A stretch of 64,000 nt of DNA from Octopus sinensis (lineage: Eukaryota). Location: positions 42,656,001 to 42,720,000 of the forward strand of contig NC_043007.1 of NCBI RefSeq assembly GCF_006345805.1, read 5' to 3'. Below, piece by piece: positions 47,726-59,700 of this stretch (position 1 is its first letter; each line of letters begins with the position of its first letter). Made by a program: the position numbers and the translations under genes. Below the pieces are notes generated by a model, which made no database searches, was not told the origin of the DNA, and saw only the letters and a list, made by a program, of their open reading frames with translations.

Positions 47726-50700
47726 CTGAAGAGAAAAGTAAATATAACATATATATTAATATTTTAGAACTTCAATAATAAATATATAATAAATCAATGA
47801 AAAAAATTTTCTAATATTAGTTTGAATATAGTAGTTTAACAATAGAGAAAAAGTTGCAGTTTGATCCTAAGTCATTCTCAGTTCATGAGACCTATAATGA
47901 AAGGTGATCCAGCCATGTCTAGTCCAACATTCGTATTTTAGACAATATCTGGGGCATCTTTATTGTAGACTTCCATTTTTAAAATGGTAGAGTGTGAAGT
48001 TGAGAGAGATTTGACTCCTATTTCTAACTGGATGAATAACTTGTTATATTGAAGGTCATGCAGAACATCAACCATTACTGACTATGTTTTCTAATTATAA
48101 TTTTGTGCTCAGTCATTAGCAAGAAATCATAGCATTAAGATGCTCATAAACCCTTATGAATTCCAACTGTAGAAATATTTATGCAGTGGGAAAACAAAGT
48201 GTCTGATTTAAAGAATTTGAATGTAATCTGGCAGCTATTTCTAGTATGTTAAATAACCATTTTAAGCCATTTCCCCCTTATCAACATGTAGCTATGTTGA
48301 TGGACAAAATTTTAAAAAAGAAAATTCAAAGCACAAATTTGCAGGTGAAAAAGAAAACAGAAAGTAAAGCACTTGTGACCATTATGCAACACCTTTGCAA
48401 GAGTCATCTTTCATAGACACAGGTTGAGCAATGTGTTATATATATGTATAGGCTTGGGAGTAGATTTGGCTAACAAACTGAAAGAAGCCCCTAATACATA
48501 CAAGGGAGTGCAAAAAGTTCCTGACTTTCAGTAAAAGAAGATACAAGAGGATCAGTTAATTATGATTTCATTAAACATATTCCCCACTCAGATTTACACA
48601 CTTATTGCAGCAGTTTATCTTCAGTTTATCTAAGCCCTGTAAAAGAACTTGGAAGGCTTGGCCTCCAAACAGGCCTCTTGCGAAACCTTGAAAGCCAGGA
48701 ACTTTCCAACACCCCATCATGTATATTTATTTATAAGTACAAGGTGCAGGCATAGTGGTGGTAAAAATTTTGCTTCCCAACCACATAATTTCAGGTTCAA
48801 TCCCACTGTATGGCACCTTGGGCAAGTGTTTTCTACTATAGCCCTAGATTGACCAAAGCCTTGTGACTGGACTTGGTAGATGGAAACTGATAGACGCCTG
48901 TTGTATGTATACACATATACGTGTGTGTTACTGTCTCCTTGCCATGAGTTCATGTAATAATTGTAAATGCTCCACAAAATGTCTGGACATGTTACTTTAC
49001 TTGTAAATAGGTGAGAATTGATGAGAAGAAGGGCAGTCAACCCATGCAAGCATGGAAAAGTCGACACTAAAAGAATGACTGTGATAATGATATATATGTA
49101 CATGATAGGCTTCCATACAGTTTCCACCAACAAATTTCAATGAAAAAGCATTGGTTGGCTCAAGGTCTCAATAGAAAACACTTGCCTAAAGTACTGCACA
49201 AAAAGATAGAAGTCAAATCACATGGTATCAAACTAAACTCTGTATCCATGCAGCCAAATATTTTATGGTACTTATTCTGAGTTGTACAGGCACTCTACTG
49301 TCACTCTCTCCAATCAGTGACTGGCCTGTTAGAAACCTCAAGTCAATGCTTTTATTCAGAGAAAAAAGAAATGAAATGACATGTTAATTTCTAATACTTA
49401 CAATCAATATAGCTACAAAACAGGCCAGTGTTGTGTTCCAATCTCCATAGGAAGAAGCCTTACCAACTAGAACACCATAGAATATAAAGTCTCCAAGACC
49501 CAACTTTACACCTCCTAGAAAAACGAATAACATTTATGATTAAAAATAGAGGAGAGTTTAGATAAAAAAAAAACAGATAAGGACAAAGATACAAAATAGC
49601 CAACACATTAAATTAAAGTCAGCTGCTAGAGAGAGGATAGGAGATCAGGAAAAGTGATAAAGAAAGAAAAGAAAAATGGAAAAGCAGAAAAGTAAAAGAC
49701 ATAAAAGATGAGAAAGTGAGTGGAGAAGAGAGTTGGTAACAATGCACCTACACATATATTGGCAGAGCTGAGTGCAGACCTCCACAACACACAATCATTA
49801 TTATCATCACTACCACCTTCATTTCAACATGTACTTTTCCGTTCTTGCATGAGGCAGATGAAACTTTCTTGGGGCAGATATTTTTAAGAGCCAAATTCCC
49901 TTCCTATCAGGAACCCTCACTTGTTTCTGAACAAGTCTATTGAAATATAAACAACCTAGACATGCTTTCTGAGGATTGCAAACAAATGACACTCCTTGTT
50001 TGAATGTCCCTCTCTTTACAGTCAGCATGAATGTTTAAAAACATCATGGTAAACACACTCAGTCTCTCAGTGTCTCACACACACATTATAAACTAGCTGA
50101 ATTACCTGGCATTGCTAGATTTACTGCAGTTCTTATTCAGATTAGTAAACAATAAATATAAAGATAATTTTTTTTCTCATAATTATTTCAAAATATCTAT
50201 ATGTTATTTTAAAAGATCCAAATTGTAATAATAGAATTTCAAACTGAAAATTTGTCAATCTTGAAGCACCTCAGGGTAAACAATATTCATTGAGTAATTT
50301 TTTGTCGGTGTCCAAATGAATAAATTGTTGCTGCTTCCAACTCGTGAGCAACCCAACATAGATTTGGTCAGGGGAGAAGCATATAATAGAGAGAGAGTGA
50401 TAAATATAAATTTTAAAAAAAATTTAGTAAGTTTCTACATGAAAATATTGGTTTATTATCAATCCCTTTACAGCAAAATTACGAAAAAACATTTTTAAAC
50501 AAAAAGAAGAAAAAATTATCATTACCTGTTTTCTTAAGTAGATATAGATTTTATTGGTATTAACACAAACTGTGATGACAATAATTAACCCCTCTTACTG
50601 CATTGCTGTTTTAACACAAGTTTTTACCTCACATGTCAAGATCTCAGCAGAGATCATTCATCCTAGGCAACTTACCACCATTTAGCTTTTTTACAGCACT

Positions 50701-53700
50701 TTCATGTCTTTCAAGGAGTTACTGCCATATAGTCTTTTGTGGGCATTCAGAGAATCAAGCCAACAAATTCATCATCGGCCTGATAAGGCCTATTTAAAAG
50801 TTCATCTAAGTTCAGTAGCAAAAAAGCAAACACGCTTGCATACATATACGCATACTTACACACACAAAAAAAAAGCACTTACTTTCTTCTTCCTCTTCTT
50901 CTCCAGAGCCTTGGGAACGTCGGTTTCTATCAGCAGGAGGGCGATTATTAGCTTCTGAATTTGGATCATTCTCCATTTCGCCAAGGGCATCAATAGCTCG
51001 GCGTGCTGTTTGGGAATCAATACTGTTGGTTAAGTTGTGAGCATCAACATCATTACGGTAGATATTAGTTCCTGCTTCTGGGTTAGATGTAGCATTTGTA
51101 GCTAACAATGTAAACAGAATCATTATTAGGAGTGTGAGTGTGTGAGAGAGAGAGAGAGATGTATGTCTGTGCATAGTGCTGAATAAGATATATTAAGCCA
51201 ACAATATCTCAAAAAGTATAAAAAAATGATGTTATCTGGATCCCCAAAACTGAATCAATTTATCTCCTATGCCATTAATTAAACCTTAACTAAGTAACAA
51301 CTTCTAAAATAGTCACAAAATTATACAGGTTTTTTTTGAGAAAGGGAACAACTGATCCCTCTGTTTGGTAGGTTCTTTATTTACTGCCTCTAGAAAGATG
51401 AGATGTAAAGTTGATGATGGTAAGGCTTGAACTCCAAATACACCTCAAGGCATTTTGAGCTCTGATATAAAAATAATTTTTTACAGTGGTACTAGGTGTC
51501 AACTATATAAAGCAAGCATGGGCAACCTTTATCAAGACACGTGCCACATGAGATATGGATCATCCTCAGGCAAGTCACACTACAAAAAAAAAAAGAAAAG
51601 CTGATTTTTTTTGTTTAGCATGCCATTCAGAAACTCCCTTGGGTTGCAGGTTGTCCATGATTGCTATAAGAGAAGAGTGCAAATCACTTCAGTAGATTTA
51701 TTGGCAGGGTGCTGATTTTTTAAAATTCTTTAGAAGTAAAAGACAAGTTAAACTCTGAATGAGTTGAAAGCAGAGTAAACACAGAATTAATACAGTATTT
51801 CATTTATTTATTCAGTTGTTACACTGTCTCAGTCATTTTTCTGGCTTAAAGCTCCTGGATAATTCCCTACTTTGATACAACACCACAATTATATATTCTT
51901 TTCTATTCTAGGCACAAGGCCCAAAATTTTTGGAGAGGGGGGGGGGCAGTCGATTAGATCAACCACAGTGCGCAACTGGTACTTAATTTATCGACCACAA
52001 AAAGATGAAAAGCAAAGTCAACCTCAGCAGAATATTGAACTCAGAATGTAATGGCAGACGAAATACCACTAAGCATTTCGCCCAGCATGCTAATGTTTCT
52101 GCCAGCTCACCACCGTACCACAATTATATATTAGACACATAATGGGCAGATATTTGCCAGTTAATCTATGTTCTGAGTTCAATGCCGCCAAAATCAAATT
52201 TACTTTTCATTATATAGGATTAACAAAATAGTACCAGTTGAATACTGGATCAATGTAATTATTTCCTCCTCTCCTTTGCCAAAATTAAAAAGAAGTATTC
52301 ATTATTGTTATACTCTTTTGTTGTTTAAACTGTTTTTTACTCGATTTTACAAACGGACAAAACCCTTTGTAACCTTTCGTCCTGTTTTGTCCCTTTATGT
52401 GATAATTGATTTTTGTCAGCCCTTGTGGCCAATAAAAGAATTAATTATTATCATTGTTGCTGTTATTATTATTATTATTATTAAAAGCAGCAAGCTAGTA
52501 AAATTGTTATCACACCGGTCAAAAATGCTCAGCAGTATTTCTATCCAACACTAATTCTGTGTTTCAAATTTTGCTGAGGTCAAATTTGCCTTTATTCCTA
52601 CTCTCCTCAAATTTTTAGCCTTGTGCCAAAATTAAAAAGAAGTATTCATTCATTTATTTATTTTTATTATTATTATTATCATTATTATTATTATTATTAT
52701 TATTAGAAGCAGCAAGCTAATAGAATTGTTAGCACACCAGACAAAAATGCTTAGCAATATTTCTAATTCTGTGTTTCAAATTTGCCTTTTTTCCTCCTCC
52801 TCTCAAGTTTTTGGCCTTGCGCCAAAATTAAAAAGAAGTATTCATTATTATCATTGTTATTATTATTAGTATTATTAAAAGCAGCAAGCTAGTAGAATTG
52901 TTATCACACCAAGACAAAAATGCTGAGGTCAAATTTGCCTCTCCCACAAAATTTCAGTCCTTGTGCCTATACAAGAAAGGCTTATTGTTATTATTATCAT
53001 TATTTGTATGCATATAGAAATATTGAAAGGAAGAAAACAGCAGAAAAAGAAACTGCAGGGAAACAGAATAGAGAAATTACCTGGTGAAGAATGGACATCT
53101 GTAGCTAGTGTTGAAGTACTGTTTGCACCAGAATCTCTTTTAGGTGACTCATCTGCCATGGTAACAATCTGCCATACCATTGTGGCTGAAATAGTGAAAG
53201 ATTCATTAGAAGAAACACAGTTCAGGTTTTTTGTGACTATATTCCTTACATATTGATTATGTTTATGTTTTCCAGTTTCAGCTCTTGAGCTGTGGCCATG
53301 CTGGGGCACCAACATTTGTGTAATAATTTTAAATAAATTCAACTTAGGAAAGAGTTTATCTGTAACTTTTATATAAGATACATTACTGTGGATCAGTTGT
53401 ACTCACAATCACAAGATCGTGGGTTCAATTCCCAGACTAGCAGTACATTGTGTTTTTGAGCAAAACGCTTCATTCCATATTGTTCCAGTCCACTCAAATG
53501 CGACAGACTGGTGTTCTATTCAGGGGGAATGTTAGCCAGCCCAGTTATCCAGCAGGGTGGCATCATTCAAAACCTACAACAAACACTGTGAGTAGCAGTG
53601 TATAGCAACATCTGATAGTCTGGACAATACAGTGAGATATATATATATATATCCTCATCATCATTTAATGTCCATCTTTCATGCATACATGGGTAGGACA

Positions 53701-56700
53701 GTTGATGGAGCTGGCCAGGTAGAAAATCTACCCTAGAATACTCTATCTGGATGCTCTTCCTAACACCAACCACTCTGCAGAGTGGACTCAGTGCTTTTTA
53801 CGTGGCATTAACACAGGTGAAGTTAGCTTTGGCAAGATTTTTGCAGCTGGATGCCCTCCATGATGCCAACCATGTTAGTGTGAACTGGATGCTTTTAATG
53901 TGGCACCAGGTAACCAAGTAACACACAAGACAAGGAATTATGAGAGGAGTAGGGTATTTGTGTCAGAGGATGAAAGTTAGAGTGTGACAAAGAGACAGAA
54001 GCAGGTGTCCTGGCACAACAAAGGGGGCATTAGAGGTGGTGATCCAGTATCAAACAATGAACACACACAGAGAAACACTTGAAACACACTTACAGGAATA
54101 TATCAAAGCTGGGAAAATATCTTCGTTTCTGTGCTGAGCTGTCTCTACTAAGACACGTAGAGGACCTTTAGGACAAAGTACAGCAATTAAATCTGAAAAA
54201 AATATTAACCATCTTTCAAAATAGATATAAAAAACATCAACATGTAATGATATCTCCACCTTAGCTCAATATACTTGCTTTTCCTCCCCATTATGCTTTA
54301 CTTTTTAAATTCCTAGTGAACACTTTGCTCAACTCTTTCCACTCTAAAACCATGACAGTGGAAGCATCTCTTTTGTCTATGAATTCCATTTAAACTTTAA
54401 CTGTTTCATGGATGAGTGCTGGATAAAAAAGTGATGTCTGCAAACAGTGAATGGCATTTATTGTAGAGGTATATGGGAAGTGATGATATTTCAGAATATT
54501 AACAGGATGTGTGGCAACCTGTTAACATTGCAGTCTTGTCTTACACCAGAATAGAGGGAATAAATGATGGTGATGATAATGATGAACAATCAATTAATGG
54601 AGCTGATGCTTAACTCATATTTCTGAAACAAATCTCTCTTTAAATAGTGGCTTCATTATTGTAGATATTTTACCTAGAAATGTGTTGCATTTCCAACAGT
54701 TAGATAATATGAAAACTGAAGAATTGCACCTTGTCCAATGATGCAATAAATGCATGAGATATGGATACAACACTTTGAGTTGATAGTTAAATATCTTATA
54801 CTGTTGACCAGTTTGCCATCATATTTAAACATAGTAATACTACTTCTCATCCACTTATCCAGAACTCCCAGTTTAGGAGAAACTTATAGATGATTAGGAC
54901 AAATCAAGCACACACCAATCTTGTTTTTCTTAATCTGCTCGAACTCAATTCATCTTTTAAATGAGACTGAGCAATAAAACAGACCATACATTAAGTTAAT
55001 TCCACTCCAGTTACTACATATCCTCTGCCTTCATGGTCATACAACAGTATACTTCTGACCCCTAGACCATAGTTTCTACAGTTGCTTCAAGACTTCTCGT
55101 TACAGGTATACAGTATCACCTTTATAGTGTAGGCATTACATAGCTTCTATTATCGTTGTGTCCTCATTAGAATATAGTATTCCAGCTCAAACAAATACAA
55201 CCATTGTCTGTAATAATGTGTTACTAAGTTGTTACCCTAGCATCTCACACAATTACAAACACAGACACAGAGAGCAGACGAGAGAAGGAAACATAGATAT
55301 CACTAAAAGGAAATACTTGCAAAGATAAGCAATGTATTACATATAAGGTAAATTTTTGAAGGTTCACTAACTATTGTCAACAATCAAGACTAACAAGTGA
55401 TTTATACTTACCCCAGAAAACCATAATTCCAAGCACTGACCAAGTAGTCCAATCAGGTAAGTATTTAATAAAAATAAGTGCCATCAAAGCACTAATCATC
55501 AGGAGGTAGGCTTGCTGCAATAACAATGGGCCCTTCCAGTGAATGCAAATCATTCCAATGACCCCAAAGTTCCACATTAAAATAGCCACTGTGATGTAGT
55601 CCATGGGGGCATTGTAAGCCTTTAATACTTCCCTACCAAATAGAAAAAGAAACCGTTTTACATGCAGTAACTGTGCACTACCACAACTATCTCCTGACAG
55701 TCTATGATCAAAAGTCAGCAAATTATCTTAGAATACACAAAACATATTAAAGTAACAATATAAAGTAATTAAATAAAGCAATATCCATTAAGTAATACCA
55801 CCAGTAGGTACTCAGTGTAATGTAATGAACAGTGAATAATTACGAATAATAGTAACCTTTACAACCCAGAAGCTATGGAACTAAAAGGACAGAAATAGAT
55901 AACACTGTGTAACACGATTTTTATCCTTGAATAAAATTTCCTATTTGCTTACCTCTAGAAAATATGAAAAATGGCTAATATTTCCTTCAAACTTTGCTTT
56001 TGTTACATTTATCCAAACCCCAAAGAATCCCTCTCAATACATGGCTATGATGCTCCCACACTACTGCTGCTCATGATCAAAGATGTACATACTGTCAGCC
56101 ACTAAGGGACATGCTCAAGTGATTAAGATCAAGCAAATCTGAGGTATTGAGCAGAATATTTGCTATAATGATATTTCTGCTTCAGCAACTCAGCACTGAA
56201 TCTGTATAAAATGTAATGGAAAATAGGTCAGTTACAAAACACTGATGTCCAGGTCACAAAAGCAAAGTTTGAAGGGAATAGCAGCCATTTCCTTTGATTT
56301 CTAAATAGAAACAAATAGGAAATAACACTTACTAACCAAAGAAAAAAAAAAAATTAATTTTGTTACACAGTATCCAAAATTTCAGCTAGTGAAATTCAGA
56401 TAAATTTCATCAATTGCTATTCGCAATCAAAAACGTAAGTGTGAAATAATCTATCCAGTTTTCCATCTGTTAAATAGAAATAATAATAGTTCCCAGTTTT
56501 CTTTTTAATTTCTACATAAATTAAAGAAATGTTGCTTAAAAATTACATTCATATGACTTCTTTTTTTTTTATAGACTTATTCACTGTTCACTTCCTGTGC
56601 ATATTTCTTTGTTCTGTTCATGCAGTTTCGGTTACTTTCTTTTCATTGAGTTGTAGTGCACCTGAGCACTGTATATAATAAGTTCATTTTATATATATAT

Positions 56701-56742
<42 letters not shown>

Positions 56743-59700
56743 CAACAGGTATTTTTGTATTTCAGAGCATCAAATTGATATAAAGTAAAATTTTTATATA
56801 TTTATTTTACTGATTTCAACCATTGGTCAGTGGCCTTGCTAGAGCATCACTTTCAAATATGTTACACCATTATAAATATCAATTCATTATGAATTAACTG
56901 CTACAATTGTAACATAGATAATATTAGCCATAATAAACAGTGATTTAAAATGCAAAAGTGCAATAGGTCCACATATGAGGACAAAGTAAAACAGTTAAAA
57001 AACAGAAATAAACCATTTTTGCAGATATAGCAGCATACACATTGTAATATATTTAGCAATATAATCGCCTGGGAAGTGATAGGTGAGTGGTTTGAGTCCA
57101 ATAAGTGGGTCTGCATTAAATTCCTTACCATGGAAAAACTACAGAAATAAAATATGATGATTCATGTTGTGAATAGGAAAAACGTCAGACCAGTTTGTAT
57201 TGAGAAGACTTCTTTATAATATCATTCTTTACAACTCCCATAAGGCGCTTTGTTAAAGTCTTTAAAACTATATCCCTCTAGGTCTGACCAAAAGTGGGTT
57301 AACTCGCAGGCATAATTAATTAGTGGTTGAGTTACCTCAGATCAGCCCTGATCAAGTAGACATTCCTGCCACAATCATCCAATCTGTGCAGACAATTTCT
57401 CAAACTACGTTACTCAATATGTCCTTTCTTTGTAAAAAGGAAAACAAGCGTAATTTAAGAGGGATTTGGCTGCTGTTTCTAGAGGATGAAGCATTTCTTC
57501 ATTTGCTTGCATGGTTATTGGCATTAGTAACAAGTATTTAAGATTTGGTTTAATTAGAACAAGTCTGGTGATACGAGTGTTGCTAACTCCAACCAATAAA
57601 GGGAGGGAAGAATCAGGAACGTTATTCCTCAGTTGAAGTTAAAATGAATAAAAATCAATTACTATTGTTAGTGAACCTCAATTTGTTGAAATTTTGTCAA
57701 CAATAGAAACAGACAAATAAATTGGTTAGTGTCAGTGTTAGGAGATTGGCAATGTGCAACACTTACCCTAAGTACATGTAGGAAAACATAAAGAGCAGCA
57801 AGAGAGAGGATACAATAAGCCAGCCATGTATGACCTACAAGATGGTGAAAAAAAGGAAATGGAAAAGGAAAACAAATATCAGAATTTTTGACAGATAAGA
57901 ATCAATAAAACAAATAATCTTAAATCTGTACTTGAGAAACAGATTTTATTTTTTTCACAGTCCCTTCTAAATGAAATAATAAAAATTATGTCTTCAATCA
58001 GTAAAATAAATAGTAGCAGTAGTACATTGCATCAATACACTGACTTTCCACAACCATTAAAATTTGTAACCTTGTGCTTAACTGAGAAATTATCATTATT
58101 ATTATTATTATTGAGAGCACATGGTTTAGTGGTTAGTGTGTTGCACTCATGATTTCAATTCCTAGATCAAGTGGTGTTCTTGAGCAAAACACTTCATCTT
58201 ACATTGCTCTGCAATCACTTCAACACTTGATATGTGGTACACAGTGTACCTGTTCAGACAATGTCGAGTTGATGGAGAAAGTGAGCTAATGTGCAGCATG
58301 AACATTTGATCACTATAAACAAATCATTTGTGTAGATCGTTCAGCAAAAGCTGAATGCTCATACATCTTCTTTGATGGGTAAGTCTATCATCATCGTCGT
58401 CGTCATTATAAAGGTGATGAGCTGGCAGAGTGTTACCACACTAGACCGAATGCTTGGCAGCATTTCTTCTGGCTTTATGTTCTGAGTTTGAATGCAGTCA
58501 AGATCAACTTTGCCTTTCATTCTTTCAGGGTCAATAAGATGTTAGGATATGATCTGGGGGAATTTAGCACTTATTTCTAACAGGCTGAGACCTCAAAGAT
58601 TTGGGTATTGCATCAATTGATGCAATAGCAGCAGATTAACTGCTATACAGTGCAGTAAGAGGAAGAATAACTAAAATATTGTGAGATATTCAGTGAAAAA
58701 CCAGAAACAAAGTAATATACTATTAGAGGGAAGTTAAATCAGTAACAGTACACTGTGATGAGAGACAGATTGACAGTGTTGTAAGATGGGAGGCAGATTA
58801 ACAGTGATGTTGTAAGATAGGAAGTAGATTAATAGTAATGTTGTAAGATGGGAGATAGATTAACAGTGATATTGTATGATGGGAGAAAGATTAAGAGCAG
58901 CATGGTAAGTTGGGAGACAAATTAACTGAGATGTTGTAAGATGAGAGACAGATTAACAGTGACATTGTCAGATTGGAGGCAGACTGTGTGTGATAGGAAC
59001 AGAGTAGAAGATTATACAGTGTGACAGGGACAAAAGATTAACCAACAGGCTGGAAGAGAGCATTGATTAAATAATGTAGAGTATTATAGTGGAGGGACAT
59101 ATTAACCAAGATGGCATACAACAAGAAAAAGCATAACTGATGCACTGTATGTACAGCTGTCACCCATGAGCAAGTAAGATATGAACCATGCTTTTGCTAA
59201 TTGTTTTTCTATGCCTATGAAGTCATGACTTGATATAGACACTCTTCCAGTCTCTTCACCCGTCATTCAGCAGCATATCCAGGATGTGAGAGAGAGAGTT
59301 ATACCAGCATCTAGCTAGTACTCATTTTCAGCTGACGTGATTGAAGCAACACAAAACGAAGTACTTAACTCAATGGTAGTGCATTGCCCCATCCAGGAAT
59401 TGAACCCATGAGCATGAGGTGAACACCCTGACAACTAGCCTGTGCACTTTTGTAATGTGTGTAGGGAAATACACTAGTTAATTATTAGCAAATGAAGTAA
59501 TATCCAGATGACTACCAAAGCAATCAATCAATATGATTCAAATACTTACCTTATAACACCTGTATTTATATAACAACAGCAGCACAACAGTCATAACAGC
59601 TATGACTCCCAGAAGAATGAAGGCATTGGCAAAGGACTGCCAAACTTTTGTTCCAGAATCATCTGTTTCTTCGTGAAATGGAGTGTAGATCCTGTGAAAA

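Noticed and set aside
56600-56680. CGAAACTGCA motif on - resembling a hammerhead half
   Set aside because: No CTGANGA box or UH site; the sequence is a CR1/L2 3'UTR tail like those at ~600 and ~6720.
58767-58985. 31-bp periodic array and the ~64-bp array at 22707-22990 as CRISPR-like
   Set aside because: Contiguous diverged units with no unique spacers, no cas genes, and a eukaryotic context.
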